A stretch of DNA of 63,997 bases, the filler included, from Sphacelaria rigidula (lineage: Eukaryota): NCBI GenBank assembly GCA_964200075.2. It is 8 parts of 8 records of this genome, joined end to end, with 100 filler letters (N's around TTAATTAATTAA, not from the genome) between each part and the next. Parts side by side here need not be neighbours in the genome. Positions count along the whole stretch, not along the records: positions 1 to 7,913 come from CAXNAA020012996.1; positions 8,014 to 15,926 come from CAXNAA020012997.1; 6 more parts are not named here. One strand, given 5' to 3'. Positions 1 through 12,045 of this stretch are shown piece by piece; the stretch's first letter is position 1; the number at the start of each line of letters is the position of its first letter. Both the position numbers and the translations under genes were made by a program. The notes beneath the pieces were generated by a model that had not been told where the DNA came from, did not search any database, and worked only from the letters and a program-made list of their open reading frames with translations.

Positions 1-590
1 GGTCTTATGACTATGGCATGCATGATCATGAATACACCCCCGCCCCGCCCCCCCATCCTCTCCTCTTTCCCCCTTTTGAGGGTTGGCGTCGGTTGGCAGT
101 GACTCTGTCAAACGCTCCATTCACTGCGTAAGCTCGGCAACCAGGTTCCCGTTCATTTGACGCTCGCGTTTTTTTCGCGGTAACCACGATGGTGGTCGAG
201 CTCTGTCACATTGTGCTGGGGTGGGAGAGCCTGAGTTAAGCACAAAGGGGATGATCACACTACGCAGTGTTTATGCGGCGAGGCACCCACGAGGTAGTGT
301 GGAGCCCCTGACTGTCTCTTGGAAGTGGTGATACCAGAAAATGCAGCAACTCGTGGGAGGCCGTAATCCAAATGCAAGATAATCAGTACGCTTTGGGCTG
401 AAAAATCTCAGCAGGATGCAGCTCACCCGTTATGTGAACTCGCCGAACTCATCACGGCACTTTGCGCTTGGTGATTGATTGCAAGCCTGGTCTGGCGAAT
501 CCCCGACGTGCTCCGTCCCGGCTATGTAGGGATGCGGTGTCAATGGTCATATGACTACGGCATGCAAGATCATGAGTACAACCCCCCGCC
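1..590 (+). repeat. Dispersed repeat family (copies at about 1-40 and 490-590; also 1500-1535 -, 16040-16150 -, 40100-40210 +, 56087-56150 -)
   Basis: Shared motif ...gtgctccgtcc.ggc...gggatgcg..gtcaatggtc.t..gacta.ggcatgca.gatcatgagtaca.ccc recurs in several unrelated contigs, in both orientations. Confidence 0.75.
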
Positions 591-2689
591 CCATCCTCTC
601 GTCAGTTTGGCCAAAATCGTCGGGCGGTTGACAATTACACGAAAAGTACTACTTCCTCTGTGCCACAAGATAAGCTCGTTTGGAGATTTTGCCGCCTTTC
701 TCGTGCGTATTTTCGGCTTTTCCCGAGCGTTTTTGTTGTTGCTGTTGTTCTCGTGAAGTCTTGGAGCAGAACTCAAAATCGAGGCTTTTGCCGAGCCCCC
801 AATAGACAAGCAGATACACTCACGGCGATCAGAGTGTGTCGGTCGTGCACAACCGGAATCTATCTACCGGTTGACAGCCTTTCCATCGATTTTTGGAAGA
901 ACGGATTTTTTCGTGATTCCCGAGGCGTTTCGGAGAACCGCCCAAAACCGTCATTCTGCAGTCTGCCGCCACCACAGCACTATTTGAGCACACCATACCG
1001 AATTCGGGGGTATACGCGCCCATCCCGGGGACAATATCATGTTGTCCCCGGGACTGGAGGGTCTTCTTGTTCTCACACATGTTCCCAACACCTCGAAACA
1101 CACTACAGTGGGTCTGAGCATCGAAAAAAAGGCTCTTTGTACCCCCCGTATCGCACATTGAACCAAAGCTCTGCCAAAACTCTGGCTCTCCCTCCGAAAA
1201 TCTCACTATATAAGCCCATTTTGTGCTTTTTTACGCCGGGAATGATAACATGTGATCACCTGGGGCTTTATATATATGTTGTTTGTTCAACGTGATGGCA
1301 ACCATATGTGGAAGACATGTTGGAGGTGCGTATGTCGAAAACAACTGCACTAGGTACACTATCGCAATATTTCACCACGGGCTTATCCAATGAGATTTCC
1401 CAGACGGGCATATCTTGTGGGACAGAGGAAGTATTGAATATCAAATTTCATCCGCGGACGTTTTCGGGGAGGGGGAGAGGGAGGGGGGTGGGAGGTAGGG
1501 GGTTTACTCATGATGTTGCATGCCGTAGTCATAATACTTCTCGTGGGGGTGGGGGCGGGGAGAAAAAAAGTTGAGCACTTCTCAAAGCATGTAAAATGAT
1601 TTCGCGCAATTTCCATCTTCTGGTCAACACACACGGATCACACCTCCTTGTCTCGTTCGAGCACGTCCTCTTTTTTTTGGTAATCTCTCCTCTCTTTCTT
1701 ACTTACCCCATCCACCCCCCGCCCTCTTGAAAAAAAATAACACACCTCGTCCCATCAGAAAAAAAACAAAACTCCTTGATTGTCAGTTGATTGTCAGTCA
1801 CATCTACACGAACATTTGACGTTCGAGTATTCCCTCTGTTGACGTACGTACAAATATCATTCTTCATCGGTGAGAATTTCGCTCAGAGCAAAACCACACC
1901 GCAACTCGTATACGAAATTTGACGTTGGAACTCCATGTCAGGGCTACGTGCTTCTGGATTAAGACCATACACAATGACGGTAACAGCTCGTGAGGAATTC
2001 ACGATGGAAACGATTGAGAGAGGGTCCCGCTTTGTGCCCGACTAGGAATTAACGGGAAAACGCGGAAAATGACCACCGCCGCCCTCATTTATCGGTCGTT
2101 TGTTTTTTCCTTCGTCTGTGGTCTTGCGATAATCCCTGTTTGTGTTTTTGGCACATGCTCCGCTGTGTCCTCAGGTCCCATCGCTTCCTTAGTTTCCTTA
2201 CTCTCGGCTCTCTCTGCCCATCTGCTTCTTCTCACTCATCACATCTCGCTATTTCTTTGTTCCCAGCATTATACACTAGCAGCTTCGTGCCTAGCTTCAG
2301 CAGGCAATATGGGTGAGAGCCCATGCCCCAAATAGTATGGACCGAAATAGCTGAGCCAAAAAGTGCACCCATAATCTTTCACGTTTGTTCCTGTGTATGA
2401 GTGCACATGTTTTTCAGAGCACGACCTTTTTTTCCACCTCAAGCCATGCTGAAGACGTCGGCTAGTTCTAGGGTTTAATTTCATTGTGTACATTTTTTTT
2501 CGTTTCACAATTTTACTGATGGGTTGTTCTATTTCTTCTCCCCTTACTTTACTTTCCTTTTCCTTCCTTTCCCTTCTTGCTTTGCTTGGTTTGGTTTGGT
2601 TTTCGTCCCTGTCTTCAAACAGTTTTGATAATGTATTTCATCAGTTTCCTCCTTTTGCTTGCTCTCTAGCGCGTGTATTCATTTTCATT

Positions 2690-2830
2690 ACAGGCTGGGC
2701 CGCCGAAGAAACGGACTTGCCTTCAGCCCGTTCTAACTGACGATATATCGCGAGTTATGCCTTCCATGACACATATAATAGTGGTGATCTGCACATCAGA
2801 GCGCCTCTTTCACTTCATGTAACACTGCGA
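2690..2830 (+). repeat. Dispersed repeat; second copy at about 6630-6760
   Basis: Both copies share gctgggccgcc.aagaa...gcccgttctaactgacgat.tatcgcgagtt.tgcct...tggt.atctgca.atca.agcgc.tcttt. Confidence 0.7.
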
Positions 2831-3195
2831 TCCAACAAGTTCCTATTCAACGAAATACCGACCTGTGTCAGCTGCGAAGTGTAGAGAGTTGAGGGCGACA
2901 TATGCGGCGGAATTAGGGCAAAAAACGACCGAAATCGTATTTCCGGTTACAGTCGGTTGCGCCGCGGCCGCAGAGTGGTGGTGCTGCACAAGTTGTCATT
3001 GTACAACAATGTATGTCGTACTGTAGGTGCGCAGTGTCTGAAATGGCACGCAGATGAGGCCTTCAGCGCGCCAAGGCACCTGGTAGAAGTGTGCGACCCG
3101 ATGGGCAGTGGGCGAACAAAGCTTGTAAAGGACGTCAGAGTTCCGGCTGAGGTTGTTGTACTCTAGAACAAGTCAACCGGTGTTCAACAGAAAAG

Positions 3196-3800
3196 CGCGG
3201 TCGCGCTGTTCAATTTTGAGTCGTTTTCCATGAAATGTTGACATGATGTACATACAGCATGTGCGAAGCCCCTATCGTTTCCCCCTCATTCTTTTTCCCT
3301 TCGTGAGTTATTACAAAAGCGTCGACCACTCACTGAAAAAAAAGGGGGCGTGGGACGATAGGGTCTTCTTAACATACCTCATGGCATGCACATCGTGTCA
3401 AAATTTCGTGGAAAAAGATTTGAAATTGAACAGCATAACCGCGTTTCATTTCTTCGTGGCTGGTCCATCTCCACATGGGAACCGGTCTTCGACACGAACA
3501 CGTGATTATGCTGCTCAATTTTGTGCCGTTTTCTATGAAATTTTGACACCATGTACAGAACGTATGTGTGAAGACCCCATCATCTCTCCTCTCTCTATAT
3601 ATTTTTCTCCATGAGTTATTGGCGGCAAAAACTCAGAACAGTATTGTTTTAGGAACTTAATCGTGAATAGCTCACGGAAAACATGAAAAAAAAAATGTAG
3701 GAGAGAGAGAGATGATGGGGTCTTCTTCGCACATTGTCCTGTACATCGTGTCAAAATTTCATAGAAAACGACCCAAAATTGAGCAGCATAATCGCGTGTT
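3196..3800. mobile_element. Two adjacent MITE-like elements (about 3196-3443 and 3497-3800), each bounded by ~50-bp inverted repeats
   Basis: The motif tgtcaaaatttc.t.gaaaa.ga....aaattga.cagcataa.cgcg occurs four times, in -,+,-,+ orientation. Confidence 0.6.
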
Positions 3801-3911
3801 CACATTCCTGTCCGCGTCTTGGGCGGCCCGGCCTGTATCTTGCTTCGGTTGCATTTACCCTTGTGGAAAATCACTACGGCTGGATTCCTCCGAGATCAGT
3901 CGAATGTGCGA

Positions 3912-3937
3912 CAATCAATCAATCAATCAATCAATCA
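3912..3937. repeat. (CAAT)n microsatellite
   Basis: caatcaatcaatcaatcaatcaatcaa seen directly. Confidence 0.9.
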
Positions 3938-4024
3938 ACCCCGTTAACGAAGCAGAACAAAGATCGATTGCTCCCCGAGTCCACGCCTTCCCCGCGCCCC
4001 CACACAAGACACAGTTCCGCTTGC

Positions 4025-4403
4025 CTGCATGCCCCCGAAGGGCTGAGAACGTTCCTTGATTACCCCCAACGCCCCATCCCGCACTCCCGCCACTATACTC
4101 CCGCCACGACTGCAATCCCACACGCCGATTTTCTGCAGCAATCTAGCGGACGCAGGAGTGAGAGAATACACCCTGGGGTCTGGGGAATCTCTGGACAAGG
4201 CGGCCTCAAGAGAGGCCGGCGGCCGTGCCTCGATAAGGCAGACGGACGGGGCGGAGTTAAGGTTGTTCTTGTTCTTGTCGTCGTTGTTCTTGTTGTTGTT
4301 GGTAGTAGAAGTGGCGATGGCGGTGTCTTGGGCGAGGCGGCAGGCGAGCGTGCAGCCCACAATTCCACCGCCGACCACAATGACGTCATGGTCGTATTCC
4401 CAA
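4025..4403 (-). CDS. COQ6: Internal exon of ubiquinone biosynthesis FAD monooxygenase (COQ6/UbiH family); partial gene
   Basis: Translates WEYDHDVIVVGGGIVGCTLACRL (Rossmann GxGxxG)...VCLIEAR...PDPRVYSLTPASARLLQKIGVWD...QPFGGMQ, the typical UbiH/COQ6 N-terminus. AG acceptor at 4405-4404; donor appears to be GC (CAG|GCAAGC) at 4024-4023. Other exons not identified in this contig. Confidence 0.8.
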
Positions 4404-4948
4404 CTGGACGATCATCACACCGGGGGCATGTGACGGAGGGCGGGCGGGTGTGTGTGGAGATTTGGGGGGGCGGGATGGGGGGCGTGCTCATTTGTTTCTT
4501 TCCAGTGACACCATGTTCGGACGAAGTATGATTCGTCTAATAATTACTTTATAACTAATGCCACGGTAGCACCCCCCTCCCCCCCCCCCGCCACCCCGTC
4601 CCCAGAAAAGTTCGTAGGTGGTTTGAGAAGTCAAAATCTACAGGTGAATCAAAAGGACAAAAGCCGAGCATGCCGAACAACTGGGAACTCTCACGCGTGG
4701 GATCGTGTTCGCCAATGTCGCCCATATGATGCGTTTCATGCACAGCCTGAAACCAGTTATCATGTGCTGCTGTATGGTCACTTCCTTCGTAGCGCTTTTG
4801 GGGCTGGTATTTTTTGGAGGGGGGGATATCGCGGCATCTCGCTGCTTTTAGTGTCATTGCGCCGTAAGGTACGAATCAATCCTTGCACATATCGAACAGA
4901 TCGTGGTCTGTCTGAAACAACCTATCAAAGAAGACTCTTGACTCCGTC

Positions 4949-5410
4949 AGACCACTTTCTATGGCAAGCAATCCTTATTTGTACAAATATGAGGATTTCA
5001 GCCCGTTCAAATCCGATTTTCTCCCGTGGATTGATTTTTCGGACCCCAGTCCGTTGGGCAATGTTTTTCGCCTAGCTCTTGCGGAACCAGATCAATCCTC
5101 CGATTATCTGGACGCTGACTTTTGGTTCATCACCTTTCTGCTCAGATCGGGAGACTTCCGCATTTCCCCTGAATCTGGAGCCCAAATGGGGGGAGATGCG
5201 GGAGTCTCCCGATCTGAGCAGAAAGGTGATGAACCAAAAGTCAGCGTCCAGATAATCGGAGAATTGATCTGGTTCCGCAAGAGCTAGGCGAAAAACATTG
5301 CCCAACGGACTGGGGTCCGAAAAATTAATCCACGGGAGAAAATCGGACTTGAACGGGCTGAAATCCTCATATTTGTACAAATACGGATTGCTTGCCACAC
5401 AAAGTGGTCT
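4949..5410. repeat. Long foldback/inverted repeat (~220-bp arms, ~18-nt loop)
   Basis: agaccacttt...cgcatttcccc / ggggagatgcg...aaagtggtct. The mirror ORFs 4961..5287(+) and 5072..5416(-) translate almost identically. Confidence 0.95.
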
Positions 5411-7913
5411 TAGCACAAAAAGACAAAATATGTGACCGCGGAGTCAGGAAGAGCCAAAGCGCAGCCTTTGCGCCACTCGGTGTGCTCGGCGTCCGGCGAT
5501 GTAAGGAGCAGATATGAGAAAGGGGGGACAACTGATCTGGATCATGATCCGGATCAGTATACTGAGAAGAAGTCATTTTCAGACGGATCATGATTCATCC
5601 GACGTGTGAATCCTTGGGTCATAGTTTCAGCGTTGTACTCCACGAACGAACACCCCTGGCATGCGGAATAGCGCAAACTTCGCGTAGAGATCATTTCAAT
5701 CCGCCGTCATGTTCTTCCTCTCTTTCGAGCAATCAGGTCTCAGCAATCGAGAGTTGGTAATTCGAATCAGCGATAATTCGCCTGACCCTTGGACTCTGTA
5801 AGCCATGTCGGGAGCAGAAAGCGGTGTAGATCTGCTGTAGCTACCGCCCTCAACTGGGCGAAGGAGAGCATACCACGAGGTCAGCAGCTTGCCCGTAATG
5901 CATACAATAAACACCCTGGACTACACGTTACATTTGGCAAAAAGTGTTTTGCGTACAGTACCGAATGTATAGACAATGGATTCCATACTGTACGCAGCAC
6001 ACTATTCGTCAATGCAGTCTTTTGTCCAGGGTGCGCCGAAATGGGGGCGGCAACGGCTGCTGCTCTTGCGGTCGTGGCCCTCACCTCAGGCGTTGCTTAC
6101 AGCTGTAGCCATAGACGCAGCCGGCAACTTGCTCTGTAGCCGCGTGTCTCCAAAGCACTTTGTGGATCAAGAACCCGTCGCTGCTGTGTTGAACCATTGC
6201 TGCTTTCTCCTGAAATCCAGCGTCGGATTTTTACTTCAGCAATTTCAATTGGAAAAGTCGAGAAAAAAAACTATTTTCCCGAAAAAGTCGAAAAAATCTC
6301 AACAAAAGCTTTTGGGAGCCCTCCCCTTCCGTTCCTGGGTCAGACGCCCAATTATTTCGAGCCCTGACAGAGAGGAAAATATGGGAACAGAAAAGACCGA
6401 CGGCAACAATTTCTACGGCGGAAGGCCATCGTAGATTTCACCGGTGCGGTCGGATTAGTTTTTTCCACGGCGGGGAGGCGACGGGTCGAGTGTGTTCAAG
6501 TTTGTGCACACAGCCAAAATCAGCAGTTGCCTAGCTGAACTCTATACAAACAAAAATCGGCACCACTTACTCATCTATTTTTTATTTACTGAGTCCCGTG
6601 TTCCACTGGGGCACATCTCTATACGAGTGCAAGCTGGGCCGCCCAAGAAGCCCGCTCTCCTTGGGGCCCGTTCTAACTGACGATGTATCGCGAGTTGTGC
6701 CTCCTATGACAGGAACATCGTGGTAATCTGCAAATCAAAGCGCGTCTTTCAATTCATGTAGCACAGGGATATAGATACACTTCAGCAGTCGGGTGTGCTT
6801 TGTTTACTTTTTGTTGGCGAAAACTTCCGCATCTTCTCTCATGGTAGGGATCAGCGACGGAACTGCGTGGTGCGGTGGGCAACCGAGTTGCGTGCACGCT
6901 CATGGATAGTACAGGCAGTAAAAAGCTACATGTTGCTGAAGTCCTCTTCACGTCGCATTGTAAGCAGAGAGAACTGATAGTCCTGGGCTGTCTGCACTGC
7001 GCGTTACCCGCTCCCCCTTTGTATCCTCCCGCACGAAACACGCACACACGAACTCAAGACACCCTGCTTGCAAGCAGTACAGACAGTACAGACTGTCTGT
7101 ACTGTACACGAGTGACCATGTACCGTTTCACGAATTTCACTGCTTTTTTTTCGACCGAAAGCTTGAAAATCCATCTGAACCCAACAGCATCAAAACAATG
7201 AATTCTCGCTCAAATCAATTCCACCACCCTGTTTTTTCGATCGAAAAGAAAGGTGCGAAGACACGCCCTTAGGGCGTGTCTTGGCACATGAGTTTTCGAT
7301 CGAAATTGTGTGGTGGAAAACAAAAATCCTGATCTGAGGCCGGATGTTATGGCAACAGATCTTCGGCCCCGGATCTTTAGAGTTTGAAATAATTCGTGTG
7401 ACATCCATGTTATGGGTACAGATTGTTCGAAAATTTGGGGGAAATATTCCGCGGCCAAGATTCGGGGCCCGAGTCCCACGGATTTTTGGGCAAACTGGCG
7501 GTGGTCGGCAAGCACAGATTTTGGCACACGTATTTTTGCGTTTTGGCCGGCAGACCGTCATGATGGGGTCACGCCGCTTTTTTCCTGGATGTACCCGCGT
7601 GCTGGCTGCGCCGTTGTGAGAGACCCTGTCGACAACAGCCAACAACACACGGAGCAACCACACGCCGCAGCCGATGCGCCATGGAGCCCGCTTCGTGCGT
7701 ACGAGACAAAAAACGATACGCCTTGTTCGTCGGTATCCTCGCAAAAGCATTGCATAGAGGTTGGGAGAGTAGACATGTGATGCGCACTGTCATTATCGGG
7801 CGGGTAGTTTTACGATCCTCCGAAAAGGATTCAACTTGACCCTTTTGGGACCGGGCCTCCAGAACGACCAATGAGGCTGGTCAGGAATGACGTGTCTGGC
7901 GTCTAAACGAAAC

Positions 7914-8013
7914 NNNNNNNNNNNNNNNNNNNNNNNNNNNNNNNNNNNNNNNNNNNNTTAATTAATTAANNNNNNNNNNNNNNNNNNNNNNNNNNNNNNN
8001 NNNNNNNNNNNNN
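7914..8013. other. Artificial contig linker N44-TTAATTAATTAA-N44 (also 15927-16026, 23939-24038, 31951-32050, 39963-40062, 47975-48074, 55987-56086)
   Basis: Seven identical 100-nt linkers containing six-frame stops, spaced about 8012 bp apart. Confidence 0.98.
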
Positions 8014-9468
8014 TTTTCCAGGGTTTGAGGCCGTTTCTTGCGGTTTGTATTTTCAAAAGATTCCCAGGAAAAAAAAAACAAGACGATTTTTTTTTACGAG
8101 ATGAGCTCTCCTGTCTCGTATTTTTCTCGTATTTGTCATTCGAGACGCAACGAAATTAGCAATGCCCGCCACCGCTGAAGATGTGTGTGCCCTTCTTCGT
8201 CGTCTGTGGGGCTCCCTTGACAGCAATATCGAACATCCCCAGCGCCGTTTACACACTAGACCAGACTTTGCTTCGCCATCCCGGCGCACGCGAGATGCTG
8301 AGATGCCGTCAGGGGCTCATGATCTATTGGCATCGACCGTGCTGTCGAAAACGTGCAGCACAGACAGTATAGTACTGTCTGTGCTGCCTCATGCAGTGAG
8401 TTAGTTGTAGGTGTCAGTTTGCCACACATCAGTAGTCCACAACGGCTGTAGTGAAAATGATGCAGACACCGTGAGTGATATGGACACGTGTAACACAGAC
8501 GACACTAGGCAGTGTCCTGTTTGTACTGCCGCAATTAACAGTAGGATGCAGATGTCAGGTTGCACCCAACGGCTGCTCAAAATGATCTGGACAACGTGCG
8601 GTGCAGGCAGTACTGAGCAGTACAACAACAGTACTGTCTGGACTGCCGCATACGTCAGTATGAGATGCAGATGTCAGTTTGCAGACAGCAATATACAGCG
8701 GCTGGACTAAAAATGTGGAGAAGTACAGTACTAGACAGTACAGTACTGTCTGTACGGCTGCATGGTGGAATAGATTGAAGATGTCATTTTGCGCACAGTA
8801 TGGGCTGGGCTAGCAACGATCGGGAGAGGTCTACGTTTCACGTCTTTTAACACCAACACAGAAAGCTTGGCATGGCGAAGTCTTCAAGTCTTTGTACCCC
8901 GCCTTGGCGTGCACACCCCTGAATTTCGCCGACCATACTTTTGGTACCTCCTCTTTCGGTCCCCCTCCCCCCCCCCCCTCAACTTTTATATCTGGAAACG
9001 CAAGATAGAGTCAACATATCTATTTGTATCTTCCTCGCTGCACTTTTTCCTCGCAGTTTTTTGCGAAATACCAAGGGAGAATACAAACCGTAAGAAACGG
9101 TATAACTCGTAAAAACGGTGTGAAGTTTTGCGGATGAGTATTTTTAGGTTGATACGCGTGAACCAGCCTGTATTTCCCGATGTGTGTCAGCGCTACTTTC
9201 TACCGCGACTACCGCTGCTGCCCCTCGAGCGTGTTCCTATTTTCTGTGTGTCTTACCTGTTTCGGACGGTGGGGCTGTTCCAACTGTGGTAGCTGTCACA
9301 TGGTGACACTGCTGTGCCTTTTTTCTGTCTTTACAACGGTTGCGTTCGGCTGGTTCGAGTATTACGCCTTCTAAAACACGCTACTGTGCGCGTGCACACA
9401 CTCAACAATCAGTACTCCCTTTCCATGTCACTGTCGTTCTCTCTCCCGCGTCACTCGACACTTGTCAG

Positions 9469-9788
9469 GAGCCACGGTATTGTGTGCTAGTGCTGCTGTC
9501 GATCCCAACGACAACAGCAACAACCCCGGTGACGGAAGAGATGACACCACACTGCGACTACCACTACCCCACAGCATAGAGACGTCGGTGTTGCGACCTT
9601 TGAAACAGACGTCCCAAGATGCTCTGCTTGCCATGTTGAGGCTCCTCGCCGAGGTAGCTCGCACGGATGCGGCAGCGCCAGTCACTGCACCGGCGGTTTT
9701 GCTTGGAGAGGGAGAGGGGGGCAGCGTTGGAGTTGCGGATTTAGTGGAGGGGGAAAAGCCCGAGCTGATCAAGCAGGCTGATGCCGAG
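9469..9788 (+). CDS. Probable internal exon of an unidentified protein
   Basis: Pyrimidine-rich acceptor ...cttgtcag| at 9468 and donor GAG|gtacgg at 9789. Open frame (G)ATVLCASAAVDPND...QDALLAMLRLLAEVAR...LIKQADAE with coding-like composition; no family recognised. Confidence 0.5.
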
Positions 9789-11780
9789 GTACGGATCATA
9801 ACACCTTGGTGGTGAAACGAGAGAGCGTGGGGTTGGGGGGATTGGGGGGGGGGGGAGAGGGGGATGATCCAGCGAAAATGCACAGAGAAAGCTGATACTG
9901 ATGAAAAAACACTCGTTCAAATAAACAAAAGTTCGAAACAGGTCTTAGAGGTTCGCTTACTTCCGGCGTGCTTGATGGCGACCCAAATGCGAAGGCTTGA
10001 GGGGAGCTGGGGGAGGGGGGGAGGGGGGGGGGTCTAGAAATCTTCCACAGAGAATTCACCGATGCAGAGAGGCGTCAACTGATTCATGGAAAGAGAAAGG
10101 AAAAATCGAAAAAAAGTCTCTGAGGTTCGCTTACTCCGGGTGTGCTCACGAGCGACGCGAATGTGAATGAAGTCTTGAGGGGGGAAGGGGAGGAGGAGGG
10201 GGAGGCTGATTGGGACACATGTATATGGGAGGGAGTACGGACACAGAGAGTACCTCCCAGAGAGAGTAAGTGTTGAATGTTTTGTAGGGCGCATGAAAAC
10301 TATACGAAATGAATACAACAAATATATCGCACAACATCAACACCTGGCCCGAGCAGTACTGCAACGTAACTTCCGAATATCATATTATCGGCCGCGTTGT
10401 CACGTCTTGAATGTTCACCTGTAGATATACTTGAACCGATGTCACGTGGCGATATTTCCCGGGGGCCATACAGGCTGGTCCAGCCTAGAAACGGCTTTTA
10501 ACCCTCTTTGATTGCGAGGGTAGGTCACCTCCTCAATAGGCGTCATCAGTTCCACTTGAAAAAAGTGTTCGTGATCCACATAGACTACGCGCATCGCAGT
10601 CGAAGGGTTGAGCTGTCAAAGCGATATGTCATCGACACACACGATTTGGGCCGTGATTTGCATATCGTATTAATCGTCTAGTCAAGAACGAGGTGCTGAT
10701 ATGCTCAAAAGTCTGGGGCAATTTTTCATCGTTCATGAAACCCCATGTTCACTAATTCCTATACGGCACGGAGACAGCGTCCATACTAAAGTCTATGTGA
10801 AACCCCGAACGATATATACAGCGGATTATGACGAGTTTTGGTGTGGATACTCCCTCGAACACGGGGAAACAACAGATAACCCTCGCCTTCACGTAATGCG
10901 TTACCTATGTCGAGATATGGCGCACATGAGATTATTTACTAAAGTCAAAATATTACGGGCAGAGGCACTAAATGCAATAAACTAAATGTGGTTATCGTGT
11001 CTCAGTTTTTGAGAGTTGTGCTTCGAAATTTCGTATGGAGAGTTGCTAGTGCATCGTATGATGAAAAAAATAGTTTCTTCTTCATTTTTTCGTTTTTGTC
11101 AGAAGAGTTTTAGAGAAAATCGGCATCGTACTTGCATCTTATCTCAGATTTTCAGCTCACTTTTTTAAAAATTGTGATTTCAAACCGAGCATGGAGAATC
11201 GCAAAGGCATGTCGGAAATTCAAAAATAAAATGGGTGCTCATTTTTCTTTTCCTCTGAGAATTATTGGCGTTCTCATGAAGCATGATCTTGACTATACCA
11301 AAAAGCCCTATACAAGTGGAGAAGAAAATAAAATCACCCTGTCCCACTTCTGGTTCATAATGGCCTGACGAGGCCCCACACAAATTTCCAAGACAGTGTT
11401 ATTCCTTTTCAATGTTATGCAGGCGGTGTTTTTTCAGGTTGGACGCCGAGAAAATCCGCACCTCGCGTGTAATGACGCCGAAACTTGGAGGATGTGTTGA
11501 TTGGTACTACAACAAGGTGTCGTAGCCGCAGCTGTGGCTGAACAAGGCGCTGAAGGCCCGGTCTGCATTAAAACGGTGGATACCATTCTCATCAGATATA
11601 TTTTTTTCCACACCCTGTCTGATGACGGATGTAGTATGTACAATTTCGATCAAGCTCAGAAATCGCACGGATCTTTCAGGCGGCATCGTCAATCTTCGCC
11701 CAGTTAGGGATGAGCGCTCGCTGAAAACCAGAAAAGAACCAGCATCTAGGCCCCACCATATATGTGAGGGTTTATACTGC

Positions 11781-12045
11781 CGCGCCCCGGTGGTGTAATG
11801 GTTCGAATGTAGCCATTAGGGTGGATTGAACGGGGGTTCGATTCCCGATGCGTTGGGCTTTTCCTTCGTGATGTATGATTTCCACCGCGGAAAGCGTGAG
11901 AACGCGAGTAAACGAAGTAGTCGACTGGGTTTGTGTGAAGTGAGTTGACGCGGTGCGGGAGTGCTGACCCAATCCGCGAGATCAAAATGAAAGGCGCGTA
12001 CCGGGGTAGAAATGGGTTGATCTCTTGAGACCACGGACTCATCCC
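11781..12045 (+). mobile_element. tRNA-derived SINE-like element
   Basis: Pol III A box TGGTGTAATGG (11791-11801) and B box GGTTCGATTCC (11835-11845), with no clean cloverleaf, followed by a non-tRNA body. 3' end approximate. Confidence 0.6.

Noticed and set aside
475-2740. Many short ORFs in the six-frame track (here and throughout)
   Set aside because: Low-complexity, non-ATG or antisense shadows within introns and repeats, with no family motifs.
4961-5416. Two near-identical ORFs on opposite strands
   Set aside because: They are a by-product of the DNA palindrome; no recognisable protein or splice signals.
6085-6197. Possible first exon of COQ6 (ATG...AG|gtgag, phase-compatible)
   Set aside because: The peptide MVQHSSDGFLIHK... 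does not resemble a mitochondrial presequence and lies among repeat-like sequence; the phase match may be chance.
7958-7969. TTAATTAATTAA palindromes recurring every ~8 kb
   Set aside because: Artificial six-frame stop linker, not biological periodicity.
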